From Candidatus Heimdallarchaeota archaeon (GTDB taxonomy: Archaea; Asgardarchaeota; Heimdallarchaeia; JABLTI01), in contig JABCTZ010000017.1 in NCBI GenBank assembly GCA_018238155.1, positions 1-64,000 of the forward strand: a DNA stretch of 64,000 nt, read 5' to 3'. The translations under genes were made by a program, and so were the position numbers. Below are positions 49,825 through 60,556 of the stretch, piece by piece. Under the pieces are notes generated by a model that ran no database searches, was not told the DNA's origin, and saw only the letters and a list, made by a program, of their open reading frames with translations. Position 1 is the stretch's first letter. Every line of letters begins with the position of its first letter.

Positions 49825-50045
49825 GATCTTTTTCCTTTTTTCTTTCCTTTTTCCTTCCCTTCAAACTTTCTCTTTTTCTTATTTTTTCAATCTGTTTTTT
49901 GAACATTTTCCTTTTTTGAGACGATTAACCATCTTTTTGTTGCGTCACTCATAATTGAGTTAATACAATTTCTATTTATAAGAATTTGATAACATAATTT
50001 TAAGCAAACTATTTTGCCTAACTAAAAACATCTGGGTGACAATGC

Positions 50046-50822
50046 TTGGGTAATTCATTCACAAACGAAATTGATGATAAAATAGCAAAAGAAGATGAAA
50101 CTTCAATAACAGAGCAGATCAATTCCAAACCTGTTGATCTTGAAATAGATTCCTCTTCTGATAAATTCGATGATGATTTAATTGAAACAAGAGAATTTAA
50201 GGGAAAATCAATTGCTATAGAGTTTGCTGGAGGAGCAATATTAGGTGGGTTAAGTATTGTTTTTGCAGTATTAGTTAATCCCTTTATGCCTACCCTCCCT
50301 GGGTTGGGTATCAAAATCTTTGATTTAATAGCAATTCCAATGATACTGGCTTACATTATCTTTGGTATTAGAAGTGGTCTTTTAGCAACAGTTATTGGTT
50401 GTTTAGGGATTTTAATCTTACCTGAATCAATGGCTTGGGTCGGAATGCTTGCTAAATTCTTTGCAACGATTCCTATGATAATCATTCCTTGGTTAGTTTT
50501 CAAGACCAATACCTTAATCTCTAAGAAAAGTAAAATTATTCCTATTATCGAAGAAACTTCTGATAATCTGAAGAAATATTATTTTTGGTTTATGTTAGTA
50601 GCAATTTTAATTCGTTTTATTCTCATGTTCGTTTTGAATCTTTTTGTGTTTGTTCCTCTATTCACTGGTGGAGGTGTCACAATAGCAACTAATCCACAAA
50701 TTGCTCTAACGAGTGCAATTATTTATGCTCTTTGGAATTTCGTACAAGGAACGGGTGATGCATTAATTCCTTTTCTGCTTGCCTATCCAACGCGATTCAC
50801 AAAAATCTTTGGAACTTGGTAA
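50046..50822 (+). CDS. ECF transporter S component (RibU/PanT-like)
   Basis: About 6 TM helices, FDLIAIPMILAYIIFG. Confidence 0.7.
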   Translation: MGNSFTNEIDDKIAKEDETSITEQINSKPVDLEIDSSSDKFDDDLIETREFKGKSIAIEFAGGAILGGLSIVFAVLVNPFMPTLPGLGIKIFDLIAIPMILAYIIFGIRSGLLATVIGCLGILILPESMAWVGMLAKFFATIPMIIIPWLVFKTNTLISKKSKIIPIIEETSDNLKKYYFWFMLVAILIRFILMFVLNLFVFVPLFTGGGVTIATNPQIALTSAIIYALWNFVQGTGDALIPFLLAYPTRFTKIFGTW

Positions 50823-51121
50823 AAAACCATTTTCTTCTTTTTCTTTATCTATGAAATTGTATCGACCTAAAGGTAATTTAATAAACAAAGCGAATACTTT
50901 ATAAAATGCATCTAAAAAGTGCGCTAAAATCACATATTTACGCGTAACACTTTTTAGGTAGATTGCATTTAACATATTACCTTAAACAATCTATCGTAAT
51001 ACGTACTAGAAAACCTTGAGTCTATTACAGCTCAAAGACAAACAAAAGCTTGCCGAAGGTGATCTGTCGTTTTCTATTATAGATGAAATTACAGATGAAT
51101 TTGCGTGTGAGGTCTAAAAAA

Positions 51122-51520
51122 ATGATTGCTATTACAAAAGAATTCAAACAAATGTTGAAAGAATTGTTTGATGCTCGAGAAGTTACAGAGATGTCCGTAG
51201 AGGACCTAGTTAACCTTCTATCCGTGAGCTTAGATGAATTGAGAATATTGCTGAAAGATGAGCAGATAAGAACAGAATACAAACTCACACAAGCAAATGA
51301 TGGATCAGAATATGTGAAAAGATTCCTTCAAACAATATTAGAAGGGAAACAAATGACAATCTCACTTAATATCCAATGGGACAATATCGGTGGATGCCCA
51401 TGTTTCACCTGTCATGAACTTGATAGATGTGATATTGGTAACCCAATCTCTTCAGTTGATTGCCCATTGTTTAGTCGATGGTTATTTACTGAACCCCAAC
51501 AGGAAGAAGAAGAAGAGTAG
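51122..51520 (+). CDS. TFE-beta / RPC34-like winged-helix protein with C-terminal Fe-S motif
   Basis: CPCFTCHELDRCDIGNPISSVDCPLFSRWL. Confidence 0.7.
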   Translation: MIAITKEFKQMLKELFDAREVTEMSVEDLVNLLSVSLDELRILLKDEQIRTEYKLTQANDGSEYVKRFLQTILEGKQMTISLNIQWDNIGGCPCFTCHELDRCDIGNPISSVDCPLFSRWLFTEPQQEEEEE

Positions 51521-51674
51521 CTCTAGCTAGATCTTTTTTATCTTCTTATTTATCCTTTTACTTTCTTAGTTTGAATCAAAGGGCTAATAAAAACAGTAAA
51601 ATTGTTTTTTGGTTTTCTTAAACATGACTTACTTTTTAAAGGGAATCTCTTCAATTTGTAACAAGGTGAATTTC

Positions 51675-52325
51675 TTGAGCCATAGAGAACGAATGAGACG
51701 TAGAGAATTTTATTACCGAGAAGCACAACGAATAGGTTATCGCTCTCGAGCAACCTTTAAGCTCAAACAGATTCAAGAAAAATTCACTGTATTCAAAATA
51801 GGTGATATTGTTCTCGATGTTGGTGCAGCTCCTGGTGGGTGGAGTCAAATTGCAACAGAATTTGTTGGTATCCCTGGAAGGGTTTATGCTGTTGATTTGG
51901 ATTTCATTGAACCTATTGATTTTGTAATTTCTATTCAAGGAGATATCACTGATAGAAAAACCCATGAACGTCTTAAAACTCTCATAGGTGAGCCTGTTGA
52001 TATTATTATAAGCGATTTGAGTCCAAAAGTAACTGGTAATTGGTCTACCGACCAAGCAAGACAAATATTCCTTTCAGAACAAGCTCTTAGATTAGCTGTT
52101 TCCGGTCTTTTAAAACAAGGCGGAAAATTTGTGAGCAAGGTTTTCCAAGGGGATCTTTATGAACAATTTCTAGCAATTGTAAAACAATTATTTACCGTTG
52201 TCTATTTATATAAACCAAAAGCTTCTCGAAAAGGAAGTGCTGAAATTTACGTTATTGCAAAGGGATTAAAGAAAGGACCAAGGAAGAAGCGAAAACCCAC
52301 TAAGAAGGTGGAACAAGATGATTAA
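51675..52325 (+). CDS. rlmE: 23S rRNA Um2552 methyltransferase RlmE/FtsJ
   Basis: GYRSRATFKL, DVGAAPGGW, SDLSP, KPKASRKGSAEIY; TTG start after AGGTGA. Confidence 0.93.
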   Translation: MSHRERMRRREFYYREAQRIGYRSRATFKLKQIQEKFTVFKIGDIVLDVGAAPGGWSQIATEFVGIPGRVYAVDLDFIEPIDFVISIQGDITDRKTHERLKTLIGEPVDIIISDLSPKVTGNWSTDQARQIFLSEQALRLAVSGLLKQGGKFVSKVFQGDLYEQFLAIVKQLFTVVYLYKPKASRKGSAEIYVIAKGLKKGPRKKRKPTKKVEQDD

Positions 52326-53547
52326 GTATCCTTTAGCAAAGGTCATTGAAGGACAAACAACAATCATCGTACCCGATGTAGAAGCTTTTAGAAAGTCTCC
52401 CTCAAGTTTCCCGCCTTCAGATGCCCCTGTTTTTTACAATAAAAAGATGGAAATCAATCGAGATTTTGCTCTTGCTCTATTACGAGTGTACCTTAATAAG
52501 AAAGAAATTGAGGATGAAGTTACTTACTGTGAACCAATGGCTGGAAGTGGCATCCGTTCTATTCGTGTAGCAAATGAGCTGCCTTCTATACAAGTGCTAA
52601 TGAATGATCGAAATCCTCAAGCAGTAAAGCTTATCAAGGAAAACGTCAAACGATTAAAATTAAAAAAACATACTGAGGTTTTTGAAGAGGATGCTAATGA
52701 ATTAATGCTGCGTTTTCGAGCCTCGGGGAGGAAAATAGATATCATAGATTTGGACCCATTTGGATCACCATCACAGTTCATAGATGTGACTGCACAAACA
52801 ATAAGTAAAAATGGTCTGTTGGCAGTTACCTCTACTGATATGGCTACAATGTGTGGTGTGTACCCTAAAGCATGTATACGGAAATATGCATCAAAACCAA
52901 TTCATTCATTCATTAGTCATGAATTAGCTGTAAGAATGATGTTAGGGTTCACTGCAATAGCTTTAGCACGACATGGAAAAAGTGCGGTACCGATTTTTGC
53001 TCATAGTACTGAGCATTTTATTAGAGCATATATAATAATTGAGAAAGGTATTACCAAAGCAAAGAATGCAATGACAAATTTAGGTTTTGTTGCTCATTGC
53101 AATAATTGTTATAGTCTTGAAACGGTAAATGGATTGATCAATACTCTTGCGAAGCAATGTTCCAATTGTGAGCAAATACGTCAAATAGGTGGTCCTATCT
53201 GGCTAGGTAAAATGTATGAGAAGGATTATGTTAAAGCTTTGGAAAATGAATTGGTTCAAAATGCAATTGCTTATGGTACTACAAAGAAAATGCTCAAAAT
53301 TGTTTCTTTAGTAAAAGAGGAAGTTGAAGCAGAAGTTTCCTCAGAAAAAAATCATTTTTACTTTGACATACATCGAATAACTGATAAATTAAATTTACCC
53401 TCGCCAAAAATGGTCAAAGTAATTGCCATCCTTCAAAAAGGAGGTTTCATTGCTTTTAGAACTCATTTCAGAACAAATTCGATTAAAACTGATGCTCCAA
53501 TTGAAAAAGTAGTTGAAACAGTGAAACAAGCTATCCAAGAAAAGTAA
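52318..53547 (+). CDS. trm1: tRNA (G26) N2,N2-dimethyltransferase
   Basis: PVFYN..MEINRD, GSGIRSIR, DLDPFGSP, GPIWLG. Confidence 0.95.
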   Translation: MIKYPLAKVIEGQTTIIVPDVEAFRKSPSSFPPSDAPVFYNKKMEINRDFALALLRVYLNKKEIEDEVTYCEPMAGSGIRSIRVANELPSIQVLMNDRNPQAVKLIKENVKRLKLKKHTEVFEEDANELMLRFRASGRKIDIIDLDPFGSPSQFIDVTAQTISKNGLLAVTSTDMATMCGVYPKACIRKYASKPIHSFISHELAVRMMLGFTAIALARHGKSAVPIFAHSTEHFIRAYIIIEKGITKAKNAMTNLGFVAHCNNCYSLETVNGLINTLAKQCSNCEQIRQIGGPIWLGKMYEKDYVKALENELVQNAIAYGTTKKMLKIVSLVKEEVEAEVSSEKNHFYFDIHRITDKLNLPSPKMVKVIAILQKGGFIAFRTHFRTNSIKTDAPIEKVVETVKQAIQEK

Positions 53548-53589
53548 TTTTTAAGACAATCCTTTTGTTTCAAGAAGGTAGAGAATACT

Positions 53590-54267
53590 TTGAAGCCAAT
53601 GTATCTTGCCGGAGTAGATGAAGCAGGACGAGGTCCCGTTTTAGGTCCCCTAGTAGTTGCTGGAGTAGTTTTACACCAAGATGATTTACCACAACTAGTT
53701 GAAAATGGGCTTGCAGATTCTAAACTCGTTCCAAAGGAAAAACGAGAACGCCTATATCAAACTATTTTAGCCAAAGCAATTGATTATAAAGTAATTATCA
53801 TTGAAGCATCAGATATTGATAGTCAAAGAGCACAAGCAATAAACCTGAATAAAATTGAAATGAATTCCTTTGTTGAAATATTACTTTTAATGAAAAAATG
53901 GTCAAAGGCTTTTGTTGATGCTTGCGATAGAAATGCTAATCGATTTCAATTAACATTACAAAATAGAGTGAGTACTAATATCGTTGCAGAGCATTTTGCA
54001 GATCAAACCTACCCCATTGTTTCTGCAGCATCAATTATTGCCAAGGTTGTTCGTGATAGGGAAATAGAAAAATATCACAATGAATATGGTGTGGACTTTG
54101 GTAGTGGGTACCCACACGATTCAAAAACAAATCAGTTTCTAAACGACTACATTTCTAAATATGGTAAATTACCGTTGGTTGCCCGAAAAAGTTGGGAAAC
54201 ATCAAGAAGAGTTGTTGAAATATACGAACAAAGAAATTTGGATGAGTTCTTTTCAAACGCTGAATAG
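53590..54267 (+). CDS. rnhB: Ribonuclease HII
   Basis: GVDEAGRGPVLGP, DSK, VSAASIIAKV, FGSGYP. Confidence 0.96.
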   Translation: MKPMYLAGVDEAGRGPVLGPLVVAGVVLHQDDLPQLVENGLADSKLVPKEKRERLYQTILAKAIDYKVIIIEASDIDSQRAQAINLNKIEMNSFVEILLLMKKWSKAFVDACDRNANRFQLTLQNRVSTNIVAEHFADQTYPIVSAASIIAKVVRDREIEKYHNEYGVDFGSGYPHDSKTNQFLNDYISKYGKLPLVARKSWETSRRVVEIYEQRNLDEFFSNAE

Positions 54268-54274
54268 GACAACA

Positions 54275-55258
54275 TTATTTTTCCTTGTTATCTTTTTTCT
54301 TCTTTAATTTTGTGAGTTCATCAATAGAGAGAATAGGGACTCCTTTGAATTCTTTCTGATCAATTTCAGAACCAACTATAACCAAAGGATTAGCATCGGC
54401 AATTCTGGATACATTGTAAGTTACAAGTATTTTTTTAGTAAAATCATCTCCACTAGGCTTTCGTGTTATTCCAGTAATAGTTGTAATTGATTTTTCAAAT
54501 TCATCGATCTTATCGACCGATTTTGCTAACACTCTAAATGGCAATTTTTTCGTCCAAAGCTGATCCTTCATTCCTAAGGAATCAAAATGTTTTTTGACAT
54601 CTTTTTCAAGTTCACTTCTTGGTGCTCCAGAATATTTCTCAGGTTGAGTAACAGACCCTATCCTTTGCATTTCATCGAACAAGTTTATTGCTAAGGTTAA
54701 GGGTTCATCAAGGAATTCTTCAATCATCATTGCTGTCTCTAGAGAGACGTTGATCTTCCCACGTTCATACTCATATACAGCTCGCTTTGATATACCCACT
54801 TCTCGGGCTAGATCACTTAAGCTAAGGTTTTTTCCAACTCTTTTTTCTTTCAAAAGGTCGCCATCAAACCTAACTTTGAACCCGCCACGGTAGGCAAAGA
54901 TGAGAGGAGGAATTTTGTGGAGCAGCAGATTTCGAAGAGTTTCGAGAGAAACTACTGGAATTTCATAGCGAGAATAAACAACACCATCTTCAATAACTGA
55001 ATTTCTTCGAATATTTTTTCCAACAATAAGTGGAAGACCTCCAAGCATTGAAGAAAGTTTTCGAAGTTCATAAGCTTGATCTTCACGGAGGTTATCGATA
55101 GTTTCAATTATTTTTACTAACATTAGTAGATATTGTTTCTTTGCGATAATGTCGAAACAACCACCACAACCTAGTAAAGGAATCGATAGATCAAAATGGA
55201 GGGTCTCAAATAACTGAGTGATTCCTTGAATAAATTGTTGGTGTTTATCTACAATCAT
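54275..55258 (-). CDS. Archaeal HTH transcription regulator with nuclease-like flanking domains (COG1395-like)
   Basis: CFDIIAK..LLMLVK; Cro/XRE HTH SLSDLAREVGISKRAVYEYERG. Confidence 0.8.
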   Translation of the reverse strand: MIVDKHQQFIQGITQLFETLHFDLSIPLLGCGGCFDIIAKKQYLLMLVKIIETIDNLREDQAYELRKLSSMLGGLPLIVGKNIRRNSVIEDGVVYSRYEIPVVSLETLRNLLLHKIPPLIFAYRGGFKVRFDGDLLKEKRVGKNLSLSDLAREVGISKRAVYEYERGKINVSLETAMMIEEFLDEPLTLAINLFDEMQRIGSVTQPEKYSGAPRSELEKDVKKHFDSLGMKDQLWTKKLPFRVLAKSVDKIDEFEKSITTITGITRKPSGDDFTKKILVTYNVSRIADANPLVIVGSEIDQKEFKGVPILSIDELTKLKKKKDNKEK

Positions 55259-55390
55259 TTTCTTATCCTTCGTACACTCATTGTATAATTGGACGGTTCT
55301 CTCAAATGAAAAAATAATCTTATTAGAAAGAAATTTGTCACAAGTGACTTTAAAGTCTTGCGTTTTTTACATGTGAGATGAAGAAAAAAA

Positions 55391-56392
55391 CTATCCTTTC
55401 TGCTTCCGAATAAGCAATTTTAATGGTTTTGCAAGGCGCTCATCCATAACGAATATTTTTATTCCAGATTTGAGATTCTTTTTATTTACGACCATTTTTC
55501 CGTCAAGAATAATTCCTTTAAGCATAAGCTTTGGATCTGCAAGACCAAAAGCATAAGCAATGCGAGTTGCGAGTTCTTCTATTGTTTCTCCATTTTCAAC
55601 TATGAATTTCGCTTCTTCAAGCTCATATTGTTCTCCACAAACAGGACACTTCTTATTTCGTGCTAACCTAATGGTTGTTGATGTACCTGAAAGACCATCA
55701 TAAAAGAAATAATTATCAAGGGGAGTTCCAATTTTCATTATTGTTTTTAATGCTTCTTGACTGAGAATGCCGCCGATAATCATAGATAGAGTTGCGACAG
55801 CAGGCATTGGAGCTTCTTTTTTCTTAGGTAAATGCTTTCGTTTTTTACCTACAGGAGAACAAGCTTGACTTAGCTTTTCTTGCGGAATTAGAGGTTGGCA
55901 TTCAAAACATGGAGTTTCATATGGAACGATTCTCTGTACATGCCCTAGAAAACCAAACATACCACCAGAGATGAGTGGTTTTTTCACATCTACTACCAAT
56001 GAGTTTAACCATCGACGAGCATCGAAGGAATCCAAACCAGCGATAATAACATCACATTCCTTGTAATATTTTCGCTTTACTTCTTCCAATCTCATAGGTA
56101 AGGAAATAACTTCGATTTCAGGATTTATTTCTCGTAACCGCTTAGCGGCAATTTCTGATTTGTATTTTCGAACATCTCGTTTTCGAAATAGAAATTGACG
56201 GTTCAAATTACTGTATTCAATAGTATCCATATCACAGAGGTATATATGACCAACACCACTTAAAGCTAAATTTGCGGCAACGAAAGAGCCAAGAGCACCA
56301 ACACCAGCTACTAGAGCAGTAGCTTTAGTAATACTATCTTGATTCCAATTTTTAATTCTCATTTGTCGGTCGTATCTTGACATACCTCTCAC
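55391..56392 (-). CDS. Second E1-like (ThiF/UBA) activating enzyme with C-terminal ubiquitin-fold-like domain
   Basis: RYDRQ, GVGALG, DTIEYSNLNRQFLF, CFEC, candidate catalytic Cys in QACSP, CPVC, ETIEELATRI... Confidence 0.88.
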   Translation of the reverse strand: MRGMSRYDRQMRIKNWNQDSITKATALVAGVGALGSFVAANLALSGVGHIYLCDMDTIEYSNLNRQFLFRKRDVRKYKSEIAAKRLREINPEIEVISLPMRLEEVKRKYYKECDVIIAGLDSFDARRWLNSLVVDVKKPLISGGMFGFLGHVQRIVPYETPCFECQPLIPQEKLSQACSPVGKKRKHLPKKKEAPMPAVATLSMIIGGILSQEALKTIMKIGTPLDNYFFYDGLSGTSTTIRLARNKKCPVCGEQYELEEAKFIVENGETIEELATRIAYAFGLADPKLMLKGIILDGKMVVNKKNLKSGIKIFVMDERLAKPLKLLIRKQKG

Positions 56393-56581
56393 TCACAAGA
56401 AGTTTTATGCATTAGTCCGAAATAGTTTAGAACACAATTAACTCTTTCGTTTAAGAAATCACTCTAGGATTTTAATTGCTTTGATAATTCCCAAAGCAAT
56501 GATTTTTATACTAATTCAATCTGAAATAACACAGTAATTCTTAACAAAAAAATGAAGGTAAGAATTTTAAAAAATAAATAG

Positions 56582-57571
56582 GTGCAAAACAAGTTGCCAG
56601 AAGTTTACGAATGGCGTGGAGCCAGACCCGGAGACATAGTTTGGAGACACCCTGATGATAGAATTCAATGGGGCAGTCAAATTATTGTCAAGCAAAATCA
56701 AAACGCTATCCTTTTCAAAGAAGGAAAAGCTTATGATGTACTTTCACCAGGAAGACATTTCATCACAACCAAAAATCTTCCCTTAATAACTAAGTTATTA
56801 TCAAAGATTGTTGGTTATGACAGATCACCATTTAATGCTGAAGTTATTTTTATAAGTCTTAGTGATTTTAAAGGTAAATTTGGTGGTAGAACACAAACAA
56901 TGGACCTTGCTCCATTACAATTCCATGGGGAATATTTCTTTGAAATAAAAGAACCAACACCCTTCATTATGGAAGTTGTAGGAAACCAAAGTATCTACAA
57001 TTCTGCTGCAGCACTAGATTATCTCAGAGGATTCTTTGTGCAAACATCTATGGATAATTTATCAGGATTTAAACTGATCAAAGTAATGCAAGAATTGAAT
57101 GAAGTAAGCGAAGAGATTGAGAAAACAATCTATCAACAATTAACTAGATGGGGTATTAATCTCATTGATTTGAAATTCCTTGGAGTTGATACTACACCAG
57201 AATATCGTGACCGATTGTTCTGGATGCAATCAGGAGTTTCTGCTGATAAACTCATTACATTGAAAACAGTAGAAAAATCATCAGAACATCTTGGAAAATC
57301 ACCAGGAGCAGGTCTCGGTGCAGGTATGTTCCTCATGCCAGAATTAATGAGACAAGCCAATGAAACAAAATCATCTGGTAGAGCTGATCAAGAAGCAGTA
57401 GTTCAATGTGCAAAATGTGGACACGATTCTTCTCCAGCAGCGAAATTCTGTCCTTCGTGTGGGACCCAAATGGGTGTCAAACCAAGAAAAGCGGCAAAGT
57501 TCTGTACTAATTGCGGAGCTCAGGTTGATGGTAAATCCAAATTCTGTTCAGGATGCGGTGCTTCGTTTTAA
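56582..57571 (+). CDS. SPFH/band-7 domain protein with C-terminal double zinc ribbon
   Basis: GSQIIVKQNQNAIL, PGRH..TTKNLP, SPFNAEV; CAKC..FCPSCG and FCTNCG..FCSGCG. Confidence 0.88.
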   Translation: MQNKLPEVYEWRGARPGDIVWRHPDDRIQWGSQIIVKQNQNAILFKEGKAYDVLSPGRHFITTKNLPLITKLLSKIVGYDRSPFNAEVIFISLSDFKGKFGGRTQTMDLAPLQFHGEYFFEIKEPTPFIMEVVGNQSIYNSAAALDYLRGFFVQTSMDNLSGFKLIKVMQELNEVSEEIEKTIYQQLTRWGINLIDLKFLGVDTTPEYRDRLFWMQSGVSADKLITLKTVEKSSEHLGKSPGAGLGAGMFLMPELMRQANETKSSGRADQEAVVQCAKCGHDSSPAAKFCPSCGTQMGVKPRKAAKFCTNCGAQVDGKSKFCSGCGASF

Positions 57572-57772
57572 TTAGAAATCAAGTGGTTTCTAATTTATCC
57601 CCTCTTTTTTTCGGGGAATTTCCTTTCTTTTTCAAATAAACCTTCTTTCGATCATTTAATTTGAGTAGCAATTTCTTGAGTATAATTCTAACGAAAATAT
57701 TATCAAGTTCCAAAAGCAATGTAACGCGTTGACAAAAACTCTTTAGCAATTAGACAATTAAATAGACCGTTA

Positions 57773-58999
57773 GTGATTAAAATGAGTGAAGCGAAAACAC
57801 CAAGAAACGTTCATCTAAAAATAGTAAAAGAAAAACATAAACAATTACCTGCAATAATGAAAGAAGCAGCTATTGACTGTTGGGTTATTTTTACTCGAGA
57901 AACAGCACAAATATCAGAACCAGTAATGGATATTGTCGTAGGAGGAGATATAGTGTGGCATTCAGCATTTGTCTTCTCAAACATAAAAGGACAATTCAAG
58001 AAAACAGCAATAGTGGGAAATTATGATGTGAATGCTGAAAAAGATAAGGAGATTTGGGATGAAGTACTGGGATACAAAGAAGGGATTTCTGCTCTCCTAA
58101 AAGGATACATTGAGAAATTGGATTCAAAAAACATAGCACTAAATTATGATATAGATGATGTGTCCGCAGACGGACTAACTTATGGAATGTACCTAACTCT
58201 AGTGAAAATATTAGGTGAGAAAAAGGAACTATTCACAAGTGCAGCACCAATAATACAGAAATTGCGTGGACGAAAATCTGAAACAGAAATAGAGCTAGTA
58301 ACTAAAGCATGTTTACTAACAAAAGACATATACAAAAGGATAGGTGCACAAGTAAAAGTAGGGATGAATGAAGCCGAAATACAAAAGATGTTCCACGATG
58401 AAATGAACAAATTGGGAATAATAGAATCCTGGCAAAGAAACTCATGTCCATCCGTTGATGCAGGACCTGATAAAGAAATAGGTCATTCGGGACCACAACC
58501 AACAATAAAAGTGCAAAAGGGACAAACACTCCATTACGATTTTGGAGTGAAATTACATGGCTATTGTTCGGATATACAAAGAATGTATTTCTTCGGTGCA
58601 GAGAAAGATATCCCAGATGAATTGATACACGCATTTGATACTGTGTATAAAGCAATAACACTCTCAGCAGAATTCATAAAACCAGGGGTAAAAGGACATG
58701 AAGTAGATAAAATAGCCCGGAACCACGTAATCTCGAGAGGATATGAAGAATACGGGCATGCATTAGGTCATCAAGTAGGAAGACAAGCGCACGATGGAGG
58801 AACATTATTGGGTCCATTATGGGAACGATATGGAAATATTCCAAAAGGTGTAGTAGAAGAAAATATGATTTTTACTTTAGAACTAAATGTTAAAACAAAG
58901 AATTATGGTTATGTTTCCTTAGAGGAAGATATAGTAATAACAAAAGATGGTTGTAGATTTCTAATTCCACGACAAGAAAAATTCATAATAATTGACTGA
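57773..58999 (+). CDS. Xaa-Pro aminopeptidase (M24)
   Basis: DFG..GYCSD, HALGHQVG..HD, TLE, LEED. Confidence 0.9.
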   Translation: MIKMSEAKTPRNVHLKIVKEKHKQLPAIMKEAAIDCWVIFTRETAQISEPVMDIVVGGDIVWHSAFVFSNIKGQFKKTAIVGNYDVNAEKDKEIWDEVLGYKEGISALLKGYIEKLDSKNIALNYDIDDVSADGLTYGMYLTLVKILGEKKELFTSAAPIIQKLRGRKSETEIELVTKACLLTKDIYKRIGAQVKVGMNEAEIQKMFHDEMNKLGIIESWQRNSCPSVDAGPDKEIGHSGPQPTIKVQKGQTLHYDFGVKLHGYCSDIQRMYFFGAEKDIPDELIHAFDTVYKAITLSAEFIKPGVKGHEVDKIARNHVISRGYEEYGHALGHQVGRQAHDGGTLLGPLWERYGNIPKGVVEENMIFTLELNVKTKNYGYVSLEEDIVITKDGCRFLIPRQEKFIIID

Positions 59000-59334
59000 A
59001 TGCTAACAAAAATCATTATAGAAAGAAAAAACAAGGGAAGAGAAAAGGACTAGTTCTTTCTCTCAATTCTTTTTCTACTTTCGAATTAACAATAAATATT
59101 GATACTACCAACATAAGAAAAATTAGTCGCATTTTTTTTTCAAGCAATCAAAAAAACTACTTTTTATCTTAGATTCTTTTCGGAATAATAATGAGAATGA
59201 ACGATCTTTCCTTTTAGATTATTTTGGATCTTTCAGAGAGGATGTTTGTAAGTAACTATTAAAGTCAAATAATCTCAACAATTATTAACAAAAAATCCAT
59301 TTGTAGTAGTGATTAGTAGAATAATCAGTTGTAG

Positions 59335-60354
59335 ATGATTTATACCATGACCAAATTAGTGCTAGCTGGAACAATTCGTGCTGATATTGGAATGCCCCGG
59401 GGCATTGATCTATTGCTTTCTGGAAAAAGTGCTCTAGATGCTATTGAGGAGACAATCAAAATTGTTGAGGATAATCAGGATGATTGGACCGTTGGATCAG
59501 GTGGTTTACCAAACCTTCTTGGTGAGGTTGAACTCGACGCTTCAATAATGGACGGGACAACTCTTCGTGCAGGCGCTGTTGCTAGTATTAAGAACTATAA
59601 GAATCCCATTTCTATTGCTCGGAAAGTCATGGAGAAAACTCCTCACGTTTTACTGGTTGGAGAGGGTGCTAGCCAATTTGCAAAGATAATGGGTTTTGAG
59701 CAAGCAGAATTATTGACTGAAAATGCTCAAGACATGCACAAAGATTTCTTGGAAGGAAAGGGAATAATCAAGAAATCATATGACACTGAAAAATCTTTCA
59801 AAACCAAAGAACGATATTTCAAATCATTTCAAGATATGGTTCAAAATGCCAAGCTTATGGATTGGTATCGTGATTACGTTGCAAATAATCATGGAACAGT
59901 TAACATCCTTGCAAAAGATATAAACGATAATATTTGCTGTGGAGTGTCCACCTCGGGATTATCTTTTAAATTTCCAGGAAGAGCAGGTGATTCTCCAATT
60001 ATTGGAGCAGGAAATTATGCTGATAGTCGGTATGGCGCAGCTGCATGTGTAGGAATGGGTGAACTGGTCATTCGTTTATCTCTTGCTCGAATAGCTGTCT
60101 ATGAACTCTCTAAAGGAGCAACTGTAGAAGAAGCAGCTGTTAATGCGATAAAATCTTTGAAGGATTTAGCTCCAGATCAAGGTTCAGTTTCAATTTTGGT
60201 TATGGGTAAAGATGGAAAAGTCACTGCTGCTTGTAATTGGAAAAATTACTATTATTGGATAGCCACTTCAGATGAACCTATTCTACAAAAGAAAGAATGT
60301 ATTTATGTTGATCTAGCATTAGAAGAAATTAATGGTGTTGGTTATCATCGTTAA
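59335..60354 (+). CDS. Isoaspartyl peptidase / glycosylasparaginase (Ntn hydrolase)
   Basis: VELDASIMDG, HGTV nucleophile, STSG, GRAGDSPIIGAG. Confidence 0.9.
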   Translation: MIYTMTKLVLAGTIRADIGMPRGIDLLLSGKSALDAIEETIKIVEDNQDDWTVGSGGLPNLLGEVELDASIMDGTTLRAGAVASIKNYKNPISIARKVMEKTPHVLLVGEGASQFAKIMGFEQAELLTENAQDMHKDFLEGKGIIKKSYDTEKSFKTKERYFKSFQDMVQNAKLMDWYRDYVANNHGTVNILAKDINDNICCGVSTSGLSFKFPGRAGDSPIIGAGNYADSRYGAAACVGMGELVIRLSLARIAVYELSKGATVEEAAVNAIKSLKDLAPDQGSVSILVMGKDGKVTAACNWKNYYYWIATSDEPILQKKECIYVDLALEEINGVGYHR

Positions 60355-60556
60355 GATTTTTTTAAAAAGAGGTTAAGAGACGTTAATTAACCTTCTTGGT
60401 TTTTTTCTTGTTGTTGTTGTTATCGTCTTCTTCATACCAACCTACGAGAAAGTGATTTGTGTATTGAGATATGTTTTATATTTAGCTAATTATGCACAAA
60501 AAATAATAAGGAGATTAAAGTTAGAGAATATAATTTAGCAATATGAGGGATCAACA

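Noticed and set aside
60400-60425. (TTG)n microsatellite as a repeat element or small ORF
   Set aside because: Only about 4-5 units within a terminator-like region; no credible ORF
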